The notes under the pieces are model-generated. The model saw only the letters and a list, made by a program, of their open reading frames with translations, had not been told where the DNA came from and searched no databases. From Phycisphaerae bacterium (GTDB taxonomy: Bacteria > Planctomycetota > Phycisphaerae > SM23-33), in the NCBI GenBank assembly GCA_049975485.1, contig JBNGDC010000005.1, positions 25,928 to 89,927 on the forward strand: 64,000 nucleotides of DNA, read 5' to 3'. Made by a program: the position numbers and the translations under genes. Positions 29,940-38,423 of this stretch are shown here, in pieces. Numbering within the stretch: position 1 is the stretch's first letter; each line of letters starts with the position of its first letter.

Positions 29940-31406
29940 ATGGAAGTCCGGCTCGAGCGGTCTATGCAGAGCGTTGTGGTGCTGGGGCAGGTCGCGTCGG
30001 ACATGGACGGTCTCTGCAGCCGCCTCAGGCAGGCAGCGGCGCAGGTGGCCGTCGCCGACGACGTGGACGACGCGGTCCGCAAGGCCTGCGCACTTGATGC
30101 GCAGCTCGTACTGGTCCATGAGGGTCTGGGCAAGCGGCGGGCGCTGAGAGCGATAAAGGAAGTCGCCTCGGAGTCGCCCCAGACGGCGGTGGTGGTGGTC
30201 TCCGACCGTCCGGGCGTTGACTCGGCGGTGAGTTTCGTCCGGGCCGGCGCATATGATTACGTCCCCGGACCGCTGGACGACGGCCGGCTCGAAGCGCTAC
30301 TGGAAGGCCTGGACGAGGAGTTCCTCCAATCCGCCAGCGGCGAGGACCACTACCTTTGTCCGGAAGCTCCGCCGGAACTGGCGATCGTCGGACGCAGCGA
30401 GGGGATAACGAACGCCCTGCAGACCATACGGCGTGTGGCCCACAGCCGATGCAATCCGGTCCTGATAATGGGAGAGACCGGTACCGGTAAGGAGCTGGCC
30501 GCCCGTGCCGTACACGCCTGGCGCTGCGGCGAGGATGAGCCGTTCGTGGCCGTCAACTGTGCCGCGCTTACCGCCAACCTGCTGGAGAGCGAGCTGTTCG
30601 GACATGTCCGCGGGGCCTTCACCGGGGCGGATAAGGATAAGACCGGACTGTTCGAGCTGGCCGGCGAGGGCGTGATCCTGCTGGACGAGATATCGGAGAT
30701 GCCTGTGGCGCTTCAGGCGAAGCTGCTGCGCGTACTCCAGGAGCACAGCTTCCGCAAAGTAGGCGGCACAAAGGACATAAAGTTTGAGGGCACCGTGATC
30801 GCCTCCAGCAACCGCGACTTGCCGCAGGAGGTGGACAAAGGCCGCTTCCGTCGCGACCTGTACTATCGACTGGCGGTGTTCCCCATCACGCTGCCGCCGC
30901 TCCGCGAGCCCAGCCGGCGCGACGACGTTGAGTTGCTGGCAGAGTACTTCCTGCGGACTTCGACAATCGCCGGTGAGCACAGCATCCGCGAACTGACGCC
31001 CGGCGCAATCGAGAAGCTGCGTGCCCACCATTGGCCGGGTAACGTCCGCGAATTGCGCAACGTCATCGAGCGCGGTTTGCTGCTGGAGACATCCGACAAG
31101 CTTACGCCGGCGAGCTTGCACGTGGGTGGGGAGTCGAAAACATCCAGCCCGGCCGCCGAAGCCAAGGCCAACAACCCCGACGACTTCTCGCTGGAAACGG
31201 CAGAACGGGAGTTCATCCTGCGGGCGCTTCGCGAGACGGGCTGGCAGCGGACGCGGGCGGCCGCCCTGCTGGGCATCACCCGCGCGACGCTGCACGCCAA
31301 GCTCAAGCGCTACGACATCAAACCCCCGGACAGCGGAAGTACGAGCGCTTCGGCCTCCTCCTCGAATCGTTCCGGCGAGACTCGAAAGCTCCAAGGCGTC
31401 AAATAG
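29940..31406 (+). CDS. Sigma-54-dependent transcriptional activator with a pseudo-receiver domain (FleQ/FlrA-like)
   Basis: 488 aa from MEVRLERS (SD GAGGA 5 nt upstream). AAA+ Walker A GETGTGKELAARAVH, GAFTGA loop, C-terminal Fis-type HTH AAALLGITRATLHAKLKRY. In the REC-like N-terminus, His stands at the phospho-Asp position (LVLVHEG), GQ replaces the acidic pair and Gly replaces the conserved Lys. Confidence 0.85.
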   Translation: MEVRLERSMQSVVVLGQVASDMDGLCSRLRQAAAQVAVADDVDDAVRKACALDAQLVLVHEGLGKRRALRAIKEVASESPQTAVVVVSDRPGVDSAVSFVRAGAYDYVPGPLDDGRLEALLEGLDEEFLQSASGEDHYLCPEAPPELAIVGRSEGITNALQTIRRVAHSRCNPVLIMGETGTGKELAARAVHAWRCGEDEPFVAVNCAALTANLLESELFGHVRGAFTGADKDKTGLFELAGEGVILLDEISEMPVALQAKLLRVLQEHSFRKVGGTKDIKFEGTVIASSNRDLPQEVDKGRFRRDLYYRLAVFPITLPPLREPSRRDDVELLAEYFLRTSTIAGEHSIRELTPGAIEKLRAHHWPGNVRELRNVIERGLLLETSDKLTPASLHVGGESKTSSPAAEAKANNPDDFSLETAEREFILRALRETGWQRTRAAALLGITRATLHAKLKRYDIKPPDSGSTSASASSSNRSGETRKLQGVK

Positions 31407-31454
31407 GGACAGTCACCTATTTTTGCTGTGTAAAATAGGTGACTGTCCCTATTT
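31401..31454. repeat. REP-like perfect palindrome (left)
   Basis: AAATAGGGACAGTCACCTATTTT-TGCTGTGT-AAAATAGGTGACTGTCCCTATTT. The TAG stop of the upstream activator lies inside the left arm. Confidence 0.9.
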
Positions 31455-31501
31455 AATTACGGGCTTGACACTGGGTGTAATGGGACCATAAATGGTTGCT
31501 C

Positions 31502-32176
31502 ATGCCTAGAGTAGCAAGAGTTGTCATTCCGGGCTGTCCGCATCATGTTACTCAGCGGGGCAATAATCGGCAGGACGTGTTCTTCACCGACGACGACCGC
31601 CGCGCATATCTCGAAATTCTCCGCGAGCAGTGTGAACGCTTCGGTTTGGGCGTCCAGGCGTACTGCCTGATGACCAATCACATTCATCTGGTGGCTACAC
31701 CTGCGACAGGGGAATCCTTGGCCAAAGCCGTCGGACGGACGAACTGGCGCTACGCCCAGCATGTCAATAGGTGGCATGCCCGAAGCGGCCACTTGTGGCA
31801 GAATCGATTCTATTCGTGTCCGTTGGATGAGCAGCACTTCTGGACAGCCGTGACGTATGTCGAGCGCAACCCGGTACGCGCGGGAGTTGTGCGGGTTGCC
31901 TGGGAATATGCGTGGTCGAGTGCAGGCGCCCATGTGGGTGGTAGCGATCGGAGTGGGCTGCTGGATATCGCACAGTGGCGCGAATGGTTGCCCCGCGCCG
32001 GCGACTGGCGAGAAGCGCTGGGCAGACCCGGGGAGGCGGGGAGAGTTGAGCAACTCCGTGGTGCGACTATAGCGGGGCGACCGCTGGGCAGCGATGATTT
32101 CATTGCCAAGCTTGAAACAGCTATTGGACGTCGCCTGCGACGACTACCGGTTGGTCGCCCCAAAAGACGCAACTAA
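31502..32176 (+). CDS. REP-associated tyrosine transposase (IS200/IS605-like Y1, RayT/TnpA-REP type)
   Basis: MPRVARVVIPGCPHHVTQRGNNRQDVFF, the HUH motif in NHIHLV, and the catalytic Tyr context YVERNPVRAG. A TTGACA -35-like hexamer lies at 31465-31470. Confidence 0.85.
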   Translation: MPRVARVVIPGCPHHVTQRGNNRQDVFFTDDDRRAYLEILREQCERFGLGVQAYCLMTNHIHLVATPATGESLAKAVGRTNWRYAQHVNRWHARSGHLWQNRFYSCPLDEQHFWTAVTYVERNPVRAGVVRVAWEYAWSSAGAHVGGSDRSGLLDIAQWREWLPRAGDWREALGRPGEAGRVEQLRGATIAGRPLGSDDFIAKLETAIGRRLRRLPVGRPKRRN

Positions 32177-32230
32177 AATAGGGACAGTCACCTATTTTCC
32201 ACAGCAAAAATAGGTGACTGTCCCTATTTT
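32175..32230. repeat. REP-like perfect palindrome (right, inverted relative to left)
   Basis: AAAATAGGGACAGTCACCTATTTT-CCACAGCA-AAAATAGGTGACTGTCCCTATTTT. The loop is the reverse complement of the left loop apart from one base. Confidence 0.9.
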
Positions 32231-32373
32231 AGCCAGTGTGTGAAAAGCAAACGTCGCGCGCATAAACTCCTGACATCCCGACAGCGGGCCGGAGTTGCCG
32301 CCTTGGGGGTGCTCTTTCGTTAGACATTATTACACAGGGTCTTAGGCGCTGGGGCCGGCGCGGGATTTCAGTG

Positions 32374-32389
32374 TGGCACATCACTTGCA
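32374..32389 (+). promoter_or_regulatory. Sigma-54 promoter (consensus-perfect) of the long plus-strand flagellar unit
   Basis: TGGCACATCACTTGCA. Confidence 0.7.
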
Positions 32390-32470
32390 ACCAGAATTGC
32401 GGCGCGGGCCGTGCGCGGTGACCGCAGCCAGGCCCTTCGTAACGCCTCGGACGGACTGCCGGGGCAGGCA

Positions 32471-35167
32471 ATGCGAATCGACGGATCGATGGCAGAGACG
32501 GAGAATCCAAACACGGATCAGCCCCAGGGCGACGAGCCGGTCGAGCAGCCCGGCGACCAGGCCGACCCCGTCCAGGCGGACGAACCACAGGCCGGCGACC
32601 CGGCTGCCCCGGAGCAGGCCGACCAGACGCCGTCCGGTGGCGCAGACGATGCGCCGCAGGACGACGCGGCTCCTGCTGCCGAAGCCGACGACGCCACGGC
32701 CGAAGCTGCGCAGGACTCCCAACACGGACAGCAGGACGAGTCCGACGCAGCTTCCGGTCGGACGGCTGAGCCGCCGGCCGGGGAGCAGGCACCACCGGCG
32801 CCTGCCGCAGAGCAGACGGCGCCACCGTCGAATCAGCCGTCGGAAACCGCCGCTCAACCGCCGGATGCCTCCGTCGGTTTCGATACCTCGGCTTTTCTTG
32901 AGGAACACGAAACCCCGTGGCACAAGCGCGTCCCGCTGGTTCCTCTGTTGCTGGGTTTCAACACACTTGTCGTCTGCTTCCTGCTGGCGGTTATCGTCTT
33001 TGTGGTTACCGGAGGCCCGAAGACACCGCACGAGGCCTCCGCCTACACTTCCGACGAGTCGGCCGTGGTCAGCAGACCGGAACGTGACGGCGACGAATCT
33101 CCCATTGAGCCGCCCCGGGTGGAACCGCAGGCCTGGCAGAAGGCCGAGCGGGCGTTCAGGAACCAGGATTTTTCCGAGGCCCTGGGCTACTACGGCCACT
33201 TGCTGGATGCGGCGCAGGGTCGTCCGGTGGATGCGTTCGTGGTGGACTATCTGCGTCTGCGCAGCGGCGATTGCCTCATCCGGCTCGGTCGCAGCGACGA
33301 GGGCCGCGAGCTGCTCGAGCGCGTCAGCAGCAGCGGTTCGCCGATAGTGCGGGCCGTCTCAAACTATTTGCTGGCCGAGCTGGAGCTCAGAACGGAACGA
33401 TACCCGGCCGCCCGGCGGCGGGCTTACACGGCCATCGCGGCTTTGGGCGCGCTTGAGCGGGATATGCCGCTGGAGCGTGACTGCGACTACCTTATCGCGC
33501 GGGCGCTGACGGAAAGCGCCATGCGGTTCTTCAACCCCGACGAGCCGATTCCCTGGTCCGGATACAATGCCTCGGATCCCTTCACCGGCCTGGACGACTC
33601 CGCCTTGCGTCGCCTGCTGCACGATGGCGCCGAACGGATGGCCGAGTCGGTCCTTGGCCCGGAGGTCTCTCCCGCCCGGCGAACGGATGCGGCGCGGTTC
33701 TGGTCGGTAAGCTGCTGGCAGGCGACGCTGGAAGAAGTCCTCTACAGGTTTGCATCGGCCTGCGAAATGGACGTTCACTGGGCGTCGGCCGCCCCTCCCG
33801 TCCGTCAGAGAGGCATATCGCTGGCGTTCCGGGAGGTCGGCGAGCACCGCCTGTTCGAGGTGGCCTGCGGAATGGCCGGTCTGGTGGCGCGTTTCAATCG
33901 CGACGAGGTGGAAATATACGACGCCGACGCCATCAGCTCCCTGTCGGACAAGCGGGAGCTTCTCAAGGCCGAGGCCGTCTCCGTGTGGCGGCGGTTCTTC
34001 CTGCGGGCATCGGACGACCATCGTCTGCCGGTGGGGCACTTCGCGCTCGGGCGGCTCTACGAGTGTGCCGGAGAAACCGCCGACAGCATGCGCGAGTACC
34101 GGCTTACGGCCGGTCGCTTTCCACGTCACGAGCTGGCGCCGCGAGCTTTGTTGCGGAAGGCCCAGATACAGATATCTCTACGCGACTACACCGGCGCCCG
34201 CAACGATCTGCTGGACCTGCTGGATCTGTATCCGGACTACCCGGCCGTTGCGGACGTGTACCTCTATCTCGGGCGCAGCGCGCTGAAAACCGGGCTGTGG
34301 GACGAGGCGATCCGCACCTTCCGGAAACTCTACTACCTGGAGTTGTCCAAGGCCTCGCGACTGGAGGCGTGCCGGGGGGTGGCAAGGAGTTTCTTCGAGA
34401 AGGGCAACTACAGCGAGTCCCGCAATTGGTACGAGCGATACTTCCAGCAACTTGACGACCAGTCCGGAGAGGCGCCGGCCGAGGCGTTCCACACCTGGGG
34501 ACGCTGCGAATCGGCGTTGGGCAATCTCGACAGGGCGGCGGCGGCCTACCGCCTGGCTTTGGGGGCCGGTGGTCCGTCGGAGCTGCGCGCCCGCGCGTCG
34601 TTGGACCTGGCGGATGTCGAGCTGCAGAGGCAGAACTTCGTCGGCGCCCTGGGGCTGCTGAACGAACTGGATCCCACTTTGCTCGACGAGCAGCAGAACT
34701 ATGACCGCCTGAGGCTGCAGGCAAGGGCGCTTCGCGAGATGGGGTTGCCGTTGCGTGCCCGACGGATGCTTTCGCGTCACATGCCGGAGGTCTCCGACGC
34801 CCACCAGCGGGCCATGCTGGCTGTTGAGACCGCCAAATGCCTGGTGGACGAAGAAAAGGGCGACGAGGCCCGTGATGTGCTGGTCGGGGCACTTGGCGAG
34901 ATGACCCCCTGTGCGGAAAGCTACGAAGCCGCACTGTATCTCGCAAATCTGTGCCTTCAGGACGAGCGTTATCGCCAGGCCGCCGAGGTCGCAGAGACCT
35001 TGGTGAACAGCTCCGCCGGCGAACACATCCGCCGTCAGGCGCAGGAGCTTCTGGGCATGGCTCGCGCGTGCCAGCGGGACTACGGCGCCGCGGCGGAGGC
35101 ATTCTCGATGGACGACGATGAGTTCTCCACCGACGTGCCGGACGACGGCGAGGAGACCATGCCATGA
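32471..35167 (+). CDS. Large single-pass membrane TPR protein with an acidic/Pro-rich N-terminal tail and a possible STN-like insert
   Basis: ORF 32411..35167. I list the first ATG (MRIDGS), which lies downstream of the predicted TSS; the start is uncertain. About 130 aa of D/E/P/Q/A low complexity, then the TM helix VPLVPLLLGFNTLVVCFLLAVIVFVV, then many TPR-like helices. Residues encoded around 33710-33930 (ATLEEVLYRFASACEMDVHWAS...GLVARFNRDEVEIY) resemble a secretin/TonB N-terminal (STN) module. Confidence 0.7.
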   Translation: MRIDGSMAETENPNTDQPQGDEPVEQPGDQADPVQADEPQAGDPAAPEQADQTPSGGADDAPQDDAAPAAEADDATAEAAQDSQHGQQDESDAASGRTAEPPAGEQAPPAPAAEQTAPPSNQPSETAAQPPDASVGFDTSAFLEEHETPWHKRVPLVPLLLGFNTLVVCFLLAVIVFVVTGGPKTPHEASAYTSDESAVVSRPERDGDESPIEPPRVEPQAWQKAERAFRNQDFSEALGYYGHLLDAAQGRPVDAFVVDYLRLRSGDCLIRLGRSDEGRELLERVSSSGSPIVRAVSNYLLAELELRTERYPAARRRAYTAIAALGALERDMPLERDCDYLIARALTESAMRFFNPDEPIPWSGYNASDPFTGLDDSALRRLLHDGAERMAESVLGPEVSPARRTDAARFWSVSCWQATLEEVLYRFASACEMDVHWASAAPPVRQRGISLAFREVGEHRLFEVACGMAGLVARFNRDEVEIYDADAISSLSDKRELLKAEAVSVWRRFFLRASDDHRLPVGHFALGRLYECAGETADSMREYRLTAGRFPRHELAPRALLRKAQIQISLRDYTGARNDLLDLLDLYPDYPAVADVYLYLGRSALKTGLWDEAIRTFRKLYYLELSKASRLEACRGVARSFFEKGNYSESRNWYERYFQQLDDQSGEAPAEAFHTWGRCESALGNLDRAAAAYRLALGAGGPSELRARASLDLADVELQRQNFVGALGLLNELDPTLLDEQQNYDRLRLQARALREMGLPLRARRMLSRHMPEVSDAHQRAMLAVETAKCLVDEEKGDEARDVLVGALGEMTPCAESYEAALYLANLCLQDERYRQAAEVAETLVNSSAGEHIRRQAQELLGMARACQRDYGAAAEAFSMDDDEFSTDVPDDGEETMP

Positions 35168-35892
35168 ACCTGCGTGCATTGATCACATCGTCGGCGATTG
35201 TGTTGCTGACCGCGGCGTCCGGGCCGGCCGCGCCGGACGGGCAGCCCGCCGAGCGGGAGCCGCTGGACACCGAGTTGCATGAGCTTATCGAGACTGTCAG
35301 CGGCACCGCGCAGCAGCTCTGGCGCGAGAGCATAGAGGCCCCGCCGCAAGTTGACGGTTCGCGGCTGTCAGAAATGGTCGGCGAAATTCAGCTTCTACGT
35401 CTGGACCCAGAGGACGCGCTCAATCGGAGCCGGCAGACACAGGAGCCCGTGGCTTCCTCCCGGGAGCCGACGACCCGTCCCACTGCCGAAGAGCGGCCCG
35501 GCGACGGCCGCAGAGAGCAAGTAGCAGAGGAGGTGCTTGCGCAGTTGCAGGCCTCGGCTCCCAGAGACCCGGCCAGGGCGACGCAACTGGCGGACACGCT
35601 CTTTGCCGACGAGCACTACGAAGCTGCCTACGCGCTGTACGAGGCGGTCCTTGAGCATGAGACCTCCGAACAGCGGGCCTCTTGGCTGGTGTTCCAGATG
35701 GCCAACTGCAGGAAGTACAGTGACCCCGAAACCGCCCGGCAGCTCTATCTGCAACTTATTGAGCAGTACCCCAACAGCAGGTGGGTTGAGGCGGCCAGGG
35801 TGCAGGAGAAGATCATCCACTGGCAGCAGGTAAACGAGCCGCGGGCCGTGCTGCGGCAGGCCCGTGGAAACACCCGCAGAGACACTGATTAA
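35164..35892 (+). CDS. Secreted protein with a C-terminal TPR/YbgF-like region
   Basis: 242 aa. ATGA overlap with the upstream gene. Signal peptide MNLRALITSSAIVLLTAASGPAAP. ADTLFADEHYEAAYALYEAVLEH...LIEQYPNSRWVEAARV. Confidence 0.65.
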   Translation: MNLRALITSSAIVLLTAASGPAAPDGQPAEREPLDTELHELIETVSGTAQQLWRESIEAPPQVDGSRLSEMVGEIQLLRLDPEDALNRSRQTQEPVASSREPTTRPTAEERPGDGRREQVAEEVLAQLQASAPRDPARATQLADTLFADEHYEAAYALYEAVLEHETSEQRASWLVFQMANCRKYSDPETARQLYLQLIEQYPNSRWVEAARVQEKIIHWQQVNEPRAVLRQARGNTRRDTD

Positions 35893-35926
35893 GCGTCACC
35901 ATATGCCCGGCAGAGACAAGACAGAT

Positions 35927-37306
35927 ATGTCCGAGCGAGTCCATCAGAACGTTCTGGTTGTGCACCGGCAGTGCGAAACGACGCGGCTGGTGCTGGAGCG
36001 ACTGGCGGCACGGGGTCTGCGCGGCGCGGTGGAGGCCGACGCGTCGGTGGCTGCGGATAAGGTGGCTCAGGGCAGGTGGGACCTGGTGCTGGTCGCTCCC
36101 GAGGCCGTCGGCGAGAAGGCATTCGACCTGCTTTCCGGCGTCAAGGAGAGCTTCCCCGAATTGCCGGTGGTGATGCTGGGCAAACGCGACGACACGCACC
36201 TTGCCGTTCGCGCCTTGCGCAACGGCTGCGACGACTATCTCATCGAGCCGGCGACCAGCGAAGCCATTGAGGACATGCTGGACTCGCTGCTTCCCAGTCA
36301 TGCCGTCAGCAACGCTGCGGCTGCCGAGGATGGTAACCGCCGGCTCCTGCAGATAGCCGGTCGCAGCGACGCGCTGCGGCGGACGCTGGAGCTGGCGCGC
36401 AAGGTCGCGCCGACTTCAATACCCGTGCTCATCACCGGCGAAAGCGGCACGGGCAAGGAACTGGTGTCGTACTTCGTGCATCGTCAAAGCCAGCGGCGCC
36501 GCGGGCCGTATATACGCGTAAACTGTGCGGCCGTTACCGAGTCGCTGCTGGAGAGCGAGCTGTTCGGTCACGAGCGGGGCGCGTTCACGGGAGCATACTC
36601 CCAGCGCAAGGGTCGTTTCGAACGGGCGCACGGCGGGACGCTGCTTCTGGATGAGATTTCCGAGACCACTCCCCGGCTGCAGGCGGAGCTTCTACGGGTC
36701 CTGGAGCAACAGGACTTCGAGCGCGTCGGAGGGACCGAGCCGGTCTGCGTGAACGTACGGGTTATCAGCACCTCCAACCGCGAGCTGTCCGCCGAGACGC
36801 GCGCCGGGCGGTTCCGGCACGATCTGTTCTACCGTCTCAGCGGCGTACACCTTGTGGTGCCTCCCCTGAGGCAGCGCCCGGAGGATATTCCCGTTCTGAC
36901 GTGGCATTTTGTGAATCTTTACGCCCACGAAGTCCGGCGCTGCATACGCGAGCTGGACGAGCAGATGCTGAAGCTGTTCGAGCAATACAGTTGGCCCGGC
37001 AATGTTCGCCAGCTCCGCAACGTGGTGCGAACGGCGCTGGTGCTGGGCGAGGGTGAGACGCTCTCGCTGGACGGCGCGCCCTGGCTGGCGGCGGAGATGA
37101 GGCGCTGCGACTCTCCGAACCTGGACGCAGAGAGCCTGCGTCTGCAGGAGCTGGAAAGGCAGGCGATCTTTGAGGCCTTGCGGCGGACCAAACGCAACCA
37201 GACCAAGGCCGCCCGCCTGCTGGGCATAACCGACCGCACGTTGAGGGAAAAACTCAGGCGATACAGGCAGGACGGATACGCCGTTCCCACCGGAGGCGGC
37301 AAATGA
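35927..37306 (+). CDS. Second sigma-54-dependent activator with a pseudo-receiver domain
   Basis: About 459 aa from MSERVHQNVLVV (an alternative ATG lies at 35903). GESGTGKELVSYFVH, GAFTGA, HTH AARLLGITDRTLREKLRRY. All REC phosphorylation residues are replaced: HR for DD, Ala for the phospho-Asp in WDLVLVAPE, Gly for Thr, Glu for Lys. Confidence 0.85.
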   Translation: MSERVHQNVLVVHRQCETTRLVLERLAARGLRGAVEADASVAADKVAQGRWDLVLVAPEAVGEKAFDLLSGVKESFPELPVVMLGKRDDTHLAVRALRNGCDDYLIEPATSEAIEDMLDSLLPSHAVSNAAAAEDGNRRLLQIAGRSDALRRTLELARKVAPTSIPVLITGESGTGKELVSYFVHRQSQRRRGPYIRVNCAAVTESLLESELFGHERGAFTGAYSQRKGRFERAHGGTLLLDEISETTPRLQAELLRVLEQQDFERVGGTEPVCVNVRVISTSNRELSAETRAGRFRHDLFYRLSGVHLVVPPLRQRPEDIPVLTWHFVNLYAHEVRRCIRELDEQMLKLFEQYSWPGNVRQLRNVVRTALVLGEGETLSLDGAPWLAAEMRRCDSPNLDAESLRLQELERQAIFEALRRTKRNQTKAARLLGITDRTLREKLRRYRQDGYAVPTGGGK

Positions 37307-37656
37307 CCAGAAACATCCAGACCATCGAGACTCTTCAGGCGGCGCTGCGGGCTGTCAGCATGCGGCAGAACGCCATCGCCAACAACATCGCCAACAGCGA
37401 GACGGCCGGCTATCGCCGACAGGATGTGAAGTTCGAAGAGCTTTTGGCCAAGGCGCTGGACTCCGACGGCCGCATCAACATCTCGGAAGTCCGACCGGAG
37501 CTGTACCGCCCCATGGACAGCCCCGTGGGCAGCAACGGCAATGACGTGAGCATGGAAGCAGAGGTCGGTGAGCTTATCGAGAATACCGCAAGGTACAAGA
37601 CCTACATGCGGCTGCTGGCGAGGCAGTACCGCAAGATGGAGCTGGCGGCTCAGTGA
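37303..37656 (+). CDS. flgB: Proximal rod protein FlgB
   Basis: 117 aa. RQNAIANNIANSETAGYRRQDV. ATGA overlap with the activator gene. Confidence 0.9.
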   Translation: MTRNIQTIETLQAALRAVSMRQNAIANNIANSETAGYRRQDVKFEELLAKALDSDGRINISEVRPELYRPMDSPVGSNGNDVSMEAEVGELIENTARYKTYMRLLARQYRKMELAAQ

Positions 37657-37670
37657 GCCGGAGGTGAGAG

Positions 37671-38075
37671 ATGAGCACAGGCGGCGTTTCACCGGTGAGA
37701 ATAGCGACATCCGGACTGGAGGCGCAGCGGCGTCGGCTGGACGTAATCGCCAACAACATCGCCAATGCACACACCACCCGCGGACCCGGCGGCGAGCCGT
37801 ACCGGAGGCGGGAGGTGGTGCTCTCGGCCGCGGACAAGCAACTCTCCGGCGTGGATATCCGCGGGGTGTTCGAGGACCGGCTTACGGACTTCCAGCAGGT
37901 GTATCAGCCCGGTCACCCCGACGCCGACGAGGAGGGCTTCGTGTTGATGCCCAACGTGGAGCTGCCCGTTGAGATGGTCAATATGGTCAGCGCCAGCCGG
38001 GCCTACGAAGCCAACGCCGCCGTTCTCAAGAGGTACCAGGAACTGGTGGACGCGACACTGGAGCTGCTGAGGTAA
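37671..38075 (+). CDS. flgC: Proximal rod protein FlgC
   Basis: 134 aa. RLDVIANNIANAHTTR and the C-terminus EMVNMVSASRAYEANAAVLK. Confidence 0.95.
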   Translation: MSTGGVSPVRIATSGLEAQRRRLDVIANNIANAHTTRGPGGEPYRRREVVLSAADKQLSGVDIRGVFEDRLTDFQQVYQPGHPDADEEGFVLMPNVELPVEMVNMVSASRAYEANAAVLKRYQELVDATLELLR

Positions 38076-38086
38076 GGAGCAAAACG

Positions 38087-38398
38087 ATGGCCGGTATAAA
38101 TCCAGTATCCGGAGCAGGTCCCACCTGGCCGCAGGCCGCGACAGGTCCCGGCCGGGCCGCAGGCGGCGCCGGCGAACAGCAGGGCTTCAGCAACCTGTTG
38201 AAGACCTATGTCGAGAACGTGGACTCCGACCAGCGAGCCAGCGCCCAGGCGATACAGGACCTCATTTCCGGAAAGACCAACGACGTGCTGCCGGTGGTCG
38301 AATCGGCCGCTCAGGCGGACATGAGCTTCAAGCTGCTTATGGGCGTGAGGAACAAGGTCATCGAGGCCTACAAGCAGACCATGAACATGCAGATATGA
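38087..38398 (+). CDS. fliE: Hook-basal body complex protein FliE
   Basis: 103 aa. The C-terminus QADMSFKLLMGVRNKVIEAYKQTMNMQI. Confidence 0.85.
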   Translation: MAGINPVSGAGPTWPQAATGPGRAAGGAGEQQGFSNLLKTYVENVDSDQRASAQAIQDLISGKTNDVLPVVESAAQADMSFKLLMGVRNKVIEAYKQTMNMQI

Positions 38399-38423
38399 CC
38401 GCCGTCGGAGTTGACAGCCAATC

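Larger units (their letters stand above)
31401..32230 (+). mobile_element. RayT (REP-associated Y1 transposase) unit flanked by two inverted REP palindromes
   Basis: An 830-bp unit with an identical 23-24-nt stem on both sides and loops that are near reverse complements. The internal gene has visibly lower GC3 than its neighbours. Confidence 0.8.
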
